A stretch of 61,157 nt of DNA, taken from NCBI GenBank assembly GCA_900617105.1, contig UYFQ01000294.1, positions 62,001-123,157 on the forward strand, given 5' to 3'. A program made the position numbers and the translations under genes. The DNA is from Hydrurus foetidus. Its lineage: Eukaryota. The notes below the pieces were generated by a model that worked only from the letters and a program-made list of their open reading frames with translations, was not told the DNA's origin and searched no databases. Positions 42,959 to 54,501 of this stretch are shown one piece after another. Numbering within the stretch: position 1 is the stretch's first letter; every line of letters starts with the position of its first letter.

Positions 42959-43331
42959 CTACCCCTACTTATCTCTCGTTTTCTCATTTCTCTCTCTCTC
43001 TCCCTCTCTCTCTTTTGGTGAGTCTCTAGCTACAGTGTGTAACAAAACAAATATGACTCAAGTGTGAGAAAGAAAAATGCTGAAAAAGGTACTGAAAAAG
43101 AATACAAAAAAATAAAAATCGAGAAATAAATACGTATGATAAATACAGATATTTGTACATGTGAGAGATGAGGGAAGTGAGAAACGAGAGTGCCTAGATG
43201 TGTTGTAACTAAGTGTTCCCCTACACATTTATGTCAGATTTTTACTGACTAAACCTCCTGAAAAGCAACGTAACGTTGTAAAAATGAGGAGGAATCTTCA
43301 AAAGATAATGTGTAGGTCGTTCCTGGGGAAC

Positions 43332-46301
43332 TTACTTTTCTGTCGGAATTATTTTCGACATGCCGTGAAGGCGTAAATATGTGTGAAGAGCGTCTGTAAG
43401 ACGAAGATTCTTCCACGACTCCCACGTATTGTGCGAGTCATCAAAGTCAGTCCATTTGACTAAAAACCGCATTTGGGTTTTGCGCCTGGAATTGCCTTGG
43501 TGCTGAAGAATGGAATCGATAAAGAATTCCATATAATCGCGGCGTGATACATCAGCAGGATCCGTATGTTTCGGATTGAAAACAAATTGTTTAAGATTAC
43601 TAATATGAAGATGTTTATGTTTCTTCGTAGTTATATCTAACAACGTATAATCAGAGTTGTGAATCGATATCACTTGAAACGGTCCCCGCCACAACGTGTG
43701 TAACCGTGTGGGCGGTTGTGTGGTGTATCTAGCCAACACATATGAACCTACGGGAAAAACCGTTATATCCTGTGGACTTGTGGCAACATGAGCCGCGTCC
43801 ATTGTGCGCAAAGCAGTTTGTGCTTGGGCAATCAGGGTATCCTGGATGTGATACATCTCACAGACCACTTTCGATGCGGAAGTTTCCACTTCCGGTAATT
43901 GTGGGAATGGTGAAAGTATGCCCGAATCAAGATTGATTTGGTTACCAAACAATAAACTTGCTGGGGAGGCATTGGTACTGCTGTGAATTGAAGAATTCAA
44001 AATGCGCTGTATAAACGGTAAGCAGTTTTTATACTGGTACACGTCGTTTGTATCATACAGGAACGAACGTAAGTACCGGTTAATTTCTTTATTAACTCGT
44101 TCAACTATAGCATTCTCTTGTTTAGAGTATGCTAGTGTCAGGTTGTGGGGTGTACCCGTTGACACTAGGAATTGTTTGATCAATTCGTTAGCAAAATGTG
44201 AACCCCGATCAGATCTGATCATTTGGGGTGCACCGTATCTTCCAAAGTGTTGGAGAAGGCAATCGGTAGCCGATTTGGCCGTATTATCGGCACACCAAAA
44301 TAGTTCTGTCCATCGTGTGAAAGCACAGATGATGACAAGAACGTGTGAGGCATCGGGGAAGGGTCCGATGAAATCGATGTTCAATACATGGAAAGGTTTG
44401 TACGCAGAAGTAACGTACTTGTGTACACGTATCGGTACGCGTGTAGCGTTCATCTTCTGGCAGCATGCACATTGTTGTATAAACAAGTGGGTGTGCTGAA
44501 CCATGTGTTCCCACTCAATGGGTAAGCCTAAAAGCTTTTCTACGGTGCGTTTAACGCCCCCGTGTCCAACAAACTTGTTGTGGCACATGTTGAGTGCGTC
44601 GCGCTGCGTATCAGTCATTTCTGGTATGACCTTGAGGGCGCCGCAAAACGGGCCCGGCAAGTTATCCGGTTCTGTGCCAGTGGTGGCTGGTTGAACCTTG
44701 ATGACAAGGTCCGAGAGATTAGCACAGAGGCGGGACATAGCGTCCGCTACCGTGTTCTCAGACCCTCGCACGTATGCGATTGTGTAATCGAGCTCTTGTA
44801 GAGCCATGGACCATCTCCCTACCATCGAGTTAGGGGAGGATTTCATGTACGTCAGATTTTTATGATCTGTGTGAATCGTAAACTTGCGATCACGTAATAG
44901 TGGATCAAGTTTTGTACAACACAAGTAGATAGCATAAGCTTCTTTCTGGATTGTTGACCAGTTCAACTGTGAGAAGGTGAGTGACTTACTCACAAATGAA
45001 ATGGGTTTCATTTCATCTCCAACTTTTTGGAACAATACACCACCTACACCATAATCAGATGCGTCGGTGTATAAATGTATTGGTGATACATTATCAATGA
45101 AGTGCATCAGGGGGCATTGAGAGATTGCCTGCCTAATGTCTTGAAACGCTTTAATGGTTTCAGCATTCCAAGTTACTCTGGAATGTTTATGAGTTGTAGA
45201 CACCGTCATTTTATGTAACGGTGCTACTATGTTGGAGTGGTTTGGTACGAAACCTCTAAAATAGTTCGCCAAACCGAGAAATCCCCTAAGGGCAGTAACG
45301 GTTTTAGGGCGAGGAAAATCTAAAACAGATTTTATTTTCTCAGCCGACATAGATAACCCCTCTTTGGAGATCACACGTCCGACGTATTCGAGGCGTGTAA
45401 CTCCGAACTTACATTTCTTAGCTTTCAAGAATAAATTCTTTTCTCGAAAACGGATGAAGACATCACGAAGTCTCTGCAGAAACTCGTCAGGCCCATTACC
45501 AAATACAATGCAATCATCGAGATACATCTCACATGTTACATATAAAAGGCCCGCAAGGACAACCGTGGCCATCATCTCCTGGAAGTATGATGGGGCACGT
45601 TTGAGGCCGAAAGGCAATCGAGTGAATTGATAAATTCCAGAGAAGCATATGAATGCAGTCAGGATTTTGGCTGATGCCGTAAGGGGTGCTTGATGGTAGC
45701 CGGACGTTAAGTCCATAACTCCAAAGATGTCAGGTTGACGAGCGCCAATGCGTTCAAACATTGCTGGAATGTTTGGGAGTGGCCAACTGGCCGACTCCGT
45801 ACAGTTATTAAGTGGCCGGAAGTCAATACATACACGGTATTGTCCGGGTGACTTCTGTACTACCACAGGGTGACTGTAGTATACCGCATTAGACTTCTCA
45901 ACCACCCCGATCCGTATCAGATCCTGAAGGTTATTGTGAATCGCCTCCTCCTTCTGTGAGGATTGTGGGCGGAGCGGGGTCCTGTTACCAGGTACTTCCC
46001 ATTGTGCCGCCTTATGATCAATATCAAAAGGAGGTATACGGGCCGGTTCACGGGCCACCTCATCTTGAAAGATGTCAATAAATTCGGTACATAATGCTCT
46101 GCATGCTGTTTGCAGAGCTTCCGACCCACCAAAGGTGATTGTCGAGATGACGTCGTTCGCCCTACCTGTTGGGGTAGGGTCTTTCATCAATGCAGAAAGA
46201 AACGGACCGAACGCATCCGTTTTGTCATCATCAATCTCATCTCCATTGAGATTGATTCCGCACGGCAACACGCTCGCGGCGTTAAGTGTTACTGTGTTCA
46301 C
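43332..46301 (-). CDS. pol: Gypsy-1 pol: RT, RNase H, integrase, chromodomain
   Basis: RVCIDFRPLN, DLTSGYHQ, LPFGL, YLDD. RH TDASDYGVG and TDHKNL. IN H..H..CACC, IDFIGP, SDRGSHF, VERVN, GPF. Chromodomain FFIDSIL...FLVKWTDF...NTWE. Confidence 0.96.
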   Translation of the reverse strand: MNTVTLNAASVLPCGINLNGDEIDDDKTDAFGPFLSALMKDPTPTGRANDVISTITFGGSEALQTACRALCTEFIDIFQDEVAREPARIPPFDIDHKAAQWEVPGNRTPLRPQSSQKEEAIHNNLQDLIRIGVVEKSNAVYYSHPVVVQKSPGQYRVCIDFRPLNNCTESASWPLPNIPAMFERIGARQPDIFGVMDLTSGYHQAPLTASAKILTAFICFSGIYQFTRLPFGLKRAPSYFQEMMATVVLAGLLYVTCEMYLDDCIVFGNGPDEFLQRLRDVFIRFREKNLFLKAKKCKFGVTRLEYVGRVISKEGLSMSAEKIKSVLDFPRPKTVTALRGFLGLANYFRGFVPNHSNIVAPLHKMTVSTTHKHSRVTWNAETIKAFQDIRQAISQCPLMHFIDNVSPIHLYTDASDYGVGGVLFQKVGDEMKPISFVSKSLTFSQLNWSTIQKEAYAIYLCCTKLDPLLRDRKFTIHTDHKNLTYMKSSPNSMVGRWSMALQELDYTIAYVRGSENTVADAMSRLCANLSDLVIKVQPATTGTEPDNLPGPFCGALKVIPEMTDTQRDALNMCHNKFVGHGGVKRTVEKLLGLPIEWEHMVQHTHLFIQQCACCQKMNATRVPIRVHKYVTSAYKPFHVLNIDFIGPFPDASHVLVIICAFTRWTELFWCADNTAKSATDCLLQHFGRYGAPQMIRSDRGSHFANELIKQFLVSTGTPHNLTLAYSKQENAIVERVNKEINRYLRSFLYDTNDVYQYKNCLPFIQRILNSSIHSSTNASPASLLFGNQINLDSGILSPFPQLPEVETSASKVVCEMYHIQDTLIAQAQTALRTMDAAHVATSPQDITVFPVGSYVLARYTTQPPTRLHTLWRGPFQVISIHNSDYTLLDITTKKHKHLHISNLKQFVFNPKHTDPADVSRRDYMEFFIDSILQHQGNSRRKTQMRFLVKWTDFDDSHNTWESWKNLRLTDALHTYLRLHGMSKIIPTEK

Positions 46302-49300
46302 TCTCGTCCCGGTCTCAGAAGGGGGCGGTTAAGACCACTGCCCGTCCATAGCGCAGATGGACCCCACTCTTCTCCCACTGTTGGAATACGGTGGGTGCTC
46401 GAGTGACCTTCGTCTCCATTGTCAGCAGTGTCGGTAATTAGGCGACACTGTGTACAAGGACTACGCGATCCGACAGCGTCACTATGATGACAACAGACGT
46501 CGGTATGTGAATCTGTACCGATGTCGGACTCTGCCCTTAAGGGAAGTAGACCGATGTCATCTGGGCTGGGTGACGTTTCGATTAACGTAGGGTCAAAGCC
46601 CATACGTTTCGGCGTCAGCACAAACAAGTTGTGTTGATTCAGGGACTTGCGTCCGATGATCAGATCCAATTGTGCAAAAGGATTAACACTAAAAGTGATA
46701 TAGATAGTGTGCTTAATATTACTATCATCGAAAAAGTAAGGCCTAAATCGACTAAGGTATTACACCTATAACAAGTGCCATCAAGACCGCTACAAACGTT
46801 AAGTGCGGTTGAAGACACATAACAATGAGCAAGTGCATCAAGTGAGACAAGCAGTGATTTGGAAACAAAATCGCCGGCCATGCTACCCGTGTCTAGGAGC
46901 GCGTGCGCTGTAAGACTAAGTCCCGTGGACTGGGGTGCTGACGCGGCTGTGGTGGGGGCGTGTCCCTGCAAGGTTCTTCGTTCATCCTTGAACACCAATA
47001 ATGAAAGAAGTTCATTAGGATTTGTTGAGTGTACCGCTGCTACAAGTGAGTCAGACGGTAACGTACCTATGAGCGGTATTTCCGACATGTCGGTCTGGTT
47101 ATGGCATGCCGCCAGCACCTCCGAGATTAGAGGCAGGGAGGTATGGAGTGGCTGTAACACGTGAAGACATGTGGGAAGAACATTGTTAGTGTTATCCGAT
47201 ATAGTATTGGAGGGGTTGAGACCTCCAATGTATTAGTTACGAGTATATCAGAGTTGAGTATACATAAAGGTGGTGGTGTATCGGTAGGGTTACATGTGCT
47301 AGCAGCATGTATCGCCACTACCAATGACTCCACCACCGTGACATGAGGTAACGTACCATCATATGCGGCTGCGGGCGGTAGACCACTGTGGGTTGCGTTG
47401 ATGGAGGTGTTGTTAGCCAACGTGGTGTTTTGTCCACCAGAACCGTATCGCGGTTTGTTGGTGGGACCTCGATTATAGTTCCCCCATGATTGGGGTTCCC
47501 TTGGTATTTTTTCTTCTGACCACCCCCTGGAGGCTGAGTTTTATTCAGTACCTCATCAGTGAAATTTGTTTCACGACGGGGTATGTGGATTTTGAAACGA
47601 CCCAGACCAGGGATGCGATCATTGATAGGGTAGGTCGCATGACCGTATTGTGCCCACGTGCGACCCATGTTGGAGTGGTCCCACGGAACATTGTGGTTGG
47701 TGTTTGAATCCACCATCCACATGTGTGGGCAGTTTTTCAGCAGATGGTCCATGTGTCCACACGAGTTACACTGTCGGAGTGGTGTTGTTGGCAGTGCCAG
47801 CGGTGGTAAAGCTGGGAGTGCCGCACCAACCAACAGGGTTTTGGGGTTCGTCGTGAGAGACAACCCGTATGGATTTTGGGTAGCGGGGTGACAATAAATG
47901 TCGTTGGGGTCCCCAAAAGCCGCTACGTGTAGCTGAAGTTGGCGTACCGCATTGACTTGGGAGAAAAGCGACGCATCGCGAATTCCCAATCGTCCACGTC
48001 ATGCGGGTTGACGCGTTTATGCTCTTTGTATTTGGCGGTGATGGCACCGTTAAGAGGCATCTTTTTCTCGAAGATGAGAGTGAGTGCAGCATGGTCGGAG
48101 GTGCTGAGTGGGCCATGTACTTGTACATGGTTCTCCACCACCTCACGAAACTGAGTCATGCAGCGCATCTCAATCTCCCTTTTGTTGTAACAAAAGGCGA
48201 GATGGACTTCCGAGAAATGCTCAGCTAGTGACTGTCCTAGCTGTGTGTCCGCGCGAAAGTAGCGCAGGACTAATTGCGCTACTTGAGGGACAGTCAGTGT
48301 TTGGAGCCACATTTACGTGTCTCTTCCGCGTATGGATAATCTTGATCCGTATGGATCTGATCATCGATACACCTGACTGCTTTAGTCGAGATGACTTGAC
48401 CAACATCATAGTTGTTGGTCCACCTCTGGGAGTGTTCGAAAAACTCCCGTGCGGCCTCTTGTCCAATAATGCCTGACGCATTTACGTTGAGAACGTAAAG
48501 TACCGTTTGCAAGGCAATAGCGGAGATGGGTCGGGAACCATCGTCCACAGCACGGCCACCCACTACAAGCGCTGTAGGTGCCGCATTGGGTGTGGCAAAC
48601 TGTACCGCGGGTACGTTGATCGGTGACGTACGATCGTGTATGTACCGTGGTATCGGTGGTCGTACCGGGTGCGCTGCATTGGGGTCGGGACCGCCCCCTG
48701 CAGCTCGGAATGCTGCTGTTTGCTGCTCGTAATCGATTATGCGAGCTGTTGCAGGCAGTATCACGATGTCTGGAGGATCCAAGGGGAGTGGGTTAGGAAC
48801 CCGAATTTCCCGTGGGATCTCCTGGATGACTCGTTGGGGTTGTGGGTTGTAATCCGTGTCACCGGTGAACGTACGTACGTATGTAGGCCGTTCCGGTGAC
48901 CCTGGTGGGGAAGCTTGTCGCTTGCGTGATGTGGGACCCTCTTGTGGAGGTGACGCGCGTTTGCGAGGAACGTCCGCTGTGCGGGTTATTGTCTCCACAT
49001 TTTCGGGGATGCGCGTATCGCGACTCTCGAGTAGTCGAGATTGTCGGTAACGCGTACGGTTGCCCGTGGAGTCGCACGTTCGTCCTCGTACTGGTTGTCG
49101 TTGTACTGACGACCGTCAGTATTACGGTTGCCCCGGTTGGAGGTATCCTGTTGGCGACGATTGTCTCCTTGAGGATAGTCCCTTGGGGACTGTCATCGTA
49201 ACCCTGTGGGGGTTCTCGACGACTTCTCCTATTGGGGTTGTTGTCTCCCTGACGGAAACTGTCGTTGTTGTCGTCGCGAAAATTATCGAAACCGCGAGTG

Positions 49301-50405
49301 TTAGTCGAATAATTTCCCCTGTTTGGGTTGTCATTACGACGAGAATCCTCGTAATTACGATTATCCCTTTGGGGGTTATCGTTGTGACGTTGGAAAGTGT
49401 CTCTGCGATTATCCCTGTTAGGGTTGTCGTCTTGTTGGCGATGATCGTGATCGCGACGCCCGTCATTCTGACGTGGGTTGTCGTCGTTGCGACGATTGTC
49501 GCTGTTGCGTCGATCGTCGTATTGACGTCTGTTGTCGTCGTTGAATGGGTGTCGTAGCCGCGACGACCATCGTTGTCGTAGTCGTGGCTGTCGTCATTCT
49601 GACGGTAATTGTCGTTATAACGACGATTATCGCTCTGACGTTGATTGTCATTGCGGCGATCATCGTTATATTGACGTCCCTCGTTATCGTAACGAACGTC
49701 GTTACGGTGCTCCGTACCGTATGAAGGGCCCGTATTACGGTTGTCCCTGGGAGGGTTGGAGTCATCGTAGTTACGACGATTGTCGTTGTGACCTTGATTG
49801 TCATCATTAGAACGTCGATAATCGTTGTTGTTTCGATTATCGTCATTGTATTGACGTTGGTTAGAATCGTGGCGTTGACGGTTATCGTAACGATTACCGT
49901 CACCACCGTCTTCGCTACCACTTTGTTGATTCTGAGTGGGCGAGTAGTCGCCCGTTGCATCTCCGTCGACGGGGTTATTCCGACGAGTTGAGTTGTCGTA
50001 ACTGTCGAGGCCCTGACGACGGAGATATCGTTGCGGGGGTGAATCTATACGGCGGCGAGGGTTAGTATCGCCGTCGTCATCATCCCGGTCAGGGTTGCCG
50101 TTATGGCGTGTCTGCTGACGATTTGCGTCTGACGAACGCAACGTGACATTGTCATGTTGTCGCGTTGTCTGAATGTCGTCGTCGTCGTCGTTATGACGAT
50201 TAGGCGGCGCCTGATTGGAACTGTTGGTAGGTCCCAGTATTGTTACTGGGAATACCGGTCGATCAGTTCCATCAGACGCAGCTACTGCTGTCGGCGGTGT
50301 TGGTGTCGACTGAGTTTTTGAAACAGTCGTCGCTGCCGGAATTACTTGAGTGGTTAATTCGGCGAGCGACGGCGATATCTCCGAAGAGTCATCGGATAAC
50401 GGCAT
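46298..50405 (-). pseudogene. Gypsy-1 gag and protease region, broken by multiple frameshifts
   Basis: Long D/N/R/Y-rich low-complexity N-terminus. CCHC knuckle CNSCGHMDHLLKNC. Protease ALLDTGS...DLIIG. The reading frame changes repeatedly across seven ORF pieces. Confidence 0.8.
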
Positions 50406-50966
50406 CGTTAGATGACTTATTGCTTGACAATTTTAAGTAGCGGAAGTCGCCAAAAAAAAATTGCAAGGGCTTCGCCTCGTGCTGTTTGGATGAAAATCAA
50501 ACAGACGATTAGGCGAAGTGAAATAAGTCAAATAAAGTCTGGACGGATGAATGAATCAATCCGTACAGAATGAACCGGGATTGGGAGACTTGCTCGACCA
50601 ATCACGAGAACGGCGTGGAAGACGAAGCTATCCACGAACGTAAGCCAAGCAAAGCTTGAGGCGGAAGATGGGCAGAAGTTAACTGAGTTAACTCTGCACA
50701 AAAATTTGGGATTGCTGAGATGAAACTCAAGCCACCACAAAATAGTCAAGTATCGGGAGATTCCGAGTGACTAAGTTCACGGCAACCAGACTTCGGAGAC
50801 TTGCTCGCGATAGTAAGAATTGCTCGCAAACGAGAATTTCGAATAAAATTCGAGATTCTCCACGCAGGTAATCGGGAGAGTTAGGGCAGCAGGGTAGCGT
50901 AGAGGATGGTAGCTTAGAGTAGGAGGATAGGGTCTAAAGAAGAGAAACTAAAGGAGGTAGATCTAC

Positions 50967-51173
50967 TGTGACCTTGGAGAGCAAAGAAGAAGGGAAATCT
51001 AAAGGCTAAAAGGAGCTTGTTAGTTAGGGTTGCAACAGAAGGTACGCTAGTAACTTCTGCAAAGCAGCACAAACTAGCTAGTGACTGATAGTCGTGGCTG
51101 TGAACACGAAGGTACTAAGGTGGAAACAGCATCTAATCGGCTGAATGGGGTAGCAGACCCTGAGGGAGCCACA
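50967..51173 (-). repeat. 5' LTR of Gypsy-1
   Basis: Same 207-bp sequence as 42752-42958; followed by the ACCG TSD. Confidence 0.96.
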
Positions 51174-51405
51174 ACCGCAACTTTGAAGGACTCAAAACAA
51201 GACCTATGATAATAAGGATAGAGCCAGATTTGAGTGTCATATTATACCACCCATCTCTGGATGAAATAGAGCTCAACGTTTGGATGTTTCAACTTTGTAT
51301 AATACCACAACTTGAACTACTAAGGTATGCAAAAATGATAAAAAATATTTGTTTTCTTCAACATTTAATTTATGATTCTTCTAGATCGAAGGCAATACGT
51401 GATGA
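51174..51405 (+). pseudogene. Continuation of the pogo-like transposase between two LTR insertions
   Basis: Removing Gypsy-1 and one ACCG copy gives the in-frame join IKFAD-RNFEGLKTRPMIIRIEPD...; GTATG...CTAG intron follows. Confidence 0.65.
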
Positions 51406-53850
51406 TGTGGTCCGAGAGGGGATGGAAGAAGAGTAGGTTTGGCAAGAAAGGATCTCTTAGAGTTACAACGGCGGGAAGCTGTCTATGGGATAAACAACTG
51501 AAAGGTTGCACTGAAAGGTTCGAGATGTCAGGATTGACATCTCAAACTACCATACATCTACAAGCACGTATGTACCGTCAGAGGGTCCGGGGTCCGGAGA
51601 CCCCGGAACCACTACACTACCCCTACTTATTTTTTCAAAATCTATGCCCCTAGTCTCTCTATTCTCTTAACATGCTAGTAGATATAAACAGAAAAATATT
51701 TACAAAAAGAAAAGGGTTTTACAGCTAGACTAAAAAAAAAGAGAGAGCGGCGGGGACAGATCTTGAATCCAGAAGCAAAGTGGTACGTCCGTTCTTGTGA
51801 TGCCACCGGCGTGGGTATGTCAGGTTTTTACTGACTAAACCCCCTGAACCCAATGGGAAATGAGGGGGAATTTTCAAAAAAATTATCACGCCGGTGCACG
51901 TCCTGGGTCTCTTCCGCTGTGACCGTCTTGGGGATGAGGCGACTTAGGTTAACCGTCTTGAGGTAGGCGTGCAGGGCGTCAGTGAGTCGAACTCCAGACC
52001 ATGGCTCCCACGTGTTGTGTGCGTCGTCGTAGTTGAGCCACTTGATATGGAACCAAAGGGATGAAACGCGCAGTGGGTCGCCTCGGTGAGCGAGGACCGT
52101 CTCGATGAAATACTCCATGTAGTCTCTGCGTGCTATGTCGAGGGGCTCCATCCGGTTGGGATCGAAGATGAATTGCCGCAGCTTGCTTGCGTGGATCTTC
52201 TTCATTTTCTTCGAGACCAGGTGCCTTAGAGTGTACTCCGAGTCCGTGTGGGAAATGACTTCCAGGGGGCCCTGCAACTTGGTGTGCAGCCGAGTGGGCG
52301 GTCCCGTGTCGTAGTGGGCTAGGACAAACGAGCCGTCAGGAAACACAGTAATGGGGGGCTGGTTAGCCAGCCTGTCATCATCTTTCTTCTTGAGACTCTC
52401 CTGGGCAGTCAGGATGATCTGGTTCTGAATCTTGAGGATGTCTGCCATGATCTTAGAGGCAGTCTTGTTTAAAGGGGTGTCCACGTTGAACGGGAGCAAG
52501 ATTCCTCTTTCCAGGTTTAACCGGCCTCCGAACAGGATGTGGGCGGGTGCGGCACCGGTGGCTTTGTGCAGTGAGCAGTTGATGATGCGCTGTACAAAAG
52601 GGAGACAGAGCTTATACTGCTCGATGTCAATCGTGTCGAAGGTGAACGCGCGGAGGTGCCTGTTGATCTCCTTGTTTATCCTCTCCACAATCGAGTTCTC
52701 CTCCTTCGAATACGCCAGCGTTTGGTTGTGACCGGTGCCGACCGCAGCGAGGAAGTCTTTGATGACGTGATTCACGAAGTGGGGTCCACGGTCCGACCGT
52801 ATGAGGTTCGGGGCACCAAAGCGGCCGAAGTGTTGGAGGAGTGCCCTACATGCCGAGGCGGCTGTGGCGTCCGGGCACCAAAACAGCTCCGTCCATCTTG
52901 AGAATGTGTCAATGATGACAAGAACATGTGAGTCGTCCGGGAAGGGTCCGATGAAGTCCATGTTGATGGTATCGAACGGGTTGTACGTCGAAGATGCGAA
53001 GTGGTGGAGCTGGATGGGAATGCGGACCGCGCTCATCTTCTGGCAGCAAGGGCAGTGCCGAATGAAGCTGCGGACATGACTCCGCATGAACGGCCACGAG
53101 TGACCTAGCGAGGCGAGCTTGTCCAACGTCCTAGCGTTGCCTCCGTGTCCAATCATACCGTTGTGGCATTGCTCTATCCACTCCAAGTTTTCGTCAGTCG
53201 CTGACGGGCACACCTCGAGGGCCGCCATCAGTCGGACTGGTCCATCCATCACCACAGGAGTGTAGTCAACCGCCAGCTCAATGAGGTTGGGGCACAGCCT
53301 GGATAATGAGTCCGCCATCTCATTGTCTTTGCCTGGGACGAACTTCACCTCGAAGTCCAGCTCTTGAAGCGCAATGAACCACCGAGATACCATGGAACTT
53401 GGACTCTGCTTCATGAACGTGATGTTCTGGTGATCCGTGTGTATCGTGAACTTGCGGTCTCTGATCAGCGAGTCAAACTGCTGGCAGCAGTGAAAGATGG
53501 CGTATGCCTCCTTCTGCATTGTGGACCAGTTGATCTGGGTCGAGGAGAGGGATTTGCTGACAAAAGCGATGGGTCACCACACCTGACCTACAACTTGGTA
53601 TAGAACTCCACCGATGCCGTAGTCCGACGCGTCCGTGTACAACCGGATAGGCGAGTCGTCGTCCAGGAAGTACATTAGGGGGCATCTTGAAATCGCCAGC
53701 TTGATTGCATGGAAAGCCTCCACTCCTGCCGGTGTCCATATGGGGGCTTCCTTTTTTCTGGCTTTGTGGTCGATCATGTTTTGTAGGGGCCTAACTATGT
53801 CGGAGTGATTTGGTACAAATCCCCGAAAGTAGTTCGCCAGTCCGAGCAGG
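51406..53850 (-). mobile_element. 5'-truncated Ty3/Gypsy chromovirus-like element (Gypsy-2): probable 3' LTR 51406-51616 plus RT-end/RH/IN/chromodomain
   Basis: PPT at 51617-51630 is identical to that of Gypsy-1. Candidate 211-bp TG...CA LTR. Pol runs LGLANYFRGF, TDASDYGIG, a TGA stop at 53574-53576, SDRGPHF and chromodomain EYFIETVL...FHIKWLNY...NTWE. Confidence 0.88.
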
Positions 53851-54501
53851 TTAAGAGTGTGCCAGTAGAAGTCAGGGGGATTGGATTACTTTCGTGCGAT
53901 TTCAGGAGGAAATCGCGTCGAAAGTTGGGGGCGTTGGATGGCTTCGTGGGTAACGAAGTTGGGCGTGCGCGTTGCAGCTTTCGTTTTAGAAACGATTTGT
54001 TTGGTTTCACTTGCTTGCAAGTTACTCTCTTTCGTCGGCCTTCGTTTTCTGGAGAGTTCGAGGAGATGTCGTGAAAAGTCGTCGGAACGAACTTCTAAAC
54101 GAGGGCGTTCTGGAGGCTGTCGATTTGACAGAGCCTTTGTGGTGTCGTTAGACGTTGTTTTCACTTTAAAAAGGTACTCGCTTTTGCTTGGCACGACTGT
54201 TTGACGGTCGCGGCAAGTTTTTTTTTTATTGATTTTGGAAACTGGTCTCTGAAGGAGATCCTAGTTGGTTCCAAATACCGGTATTGTGGCCTTGCTAGGT
54301 CTCAGGGCAACGGGAGCGGAGGTCTGAGGGCGCGTGGACAAAGGGAAGATGCTGTGGGGCTAAAGCTACGATAGCAATGTGGTTAGCTTACAGGTAAACA
54401 CAGCAGATATCATGGCAATGAATCGTGTGGATCGGATCGTCCTCGATCCGGACCGGACGTACGCCTGTACCCGTACCGCCTGTACGGGTGTTCGGGTCAC
54501 A
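53850..54501 (-). mobile_element. Probable 5' LTR (54353-54501) and leader/gag start of a third LTR element
   Basis: 149-bp TG...CA segment that ends exactly where the Copia coding sequence begins. Short basic ORF at 53886-54194. No match to the 51406-51616 LTR and no second copy in the window. Confidence 0.4.

Larger units (their letters stand above)
42752..51173 (-). mobile_element. Full-length Ty3/Gypsy chromovirus-like LTR retrotransposon (Gypsy-1)
   Basis: 207-bp TG...CA LTRs that read identical. TSD ACCG (42748-42751 / 51174-51177). PPT at 42959-42972. Order is gag(CCHC)-PR-RT-RH-IN-chromodomain. Confidence 0.96.

Noticed and set aside
43230..43303. Hammerhead ribozyme call for the conserved structure
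   Set aside because: No CUGANGA...GAAA core in the correct stem context on either strand.
49060..49991. V/I/T-rich membrane-like ORFs on both strands
   Set aside because: Alternative frames and antisense shadows of the low-complexity gag repeat.
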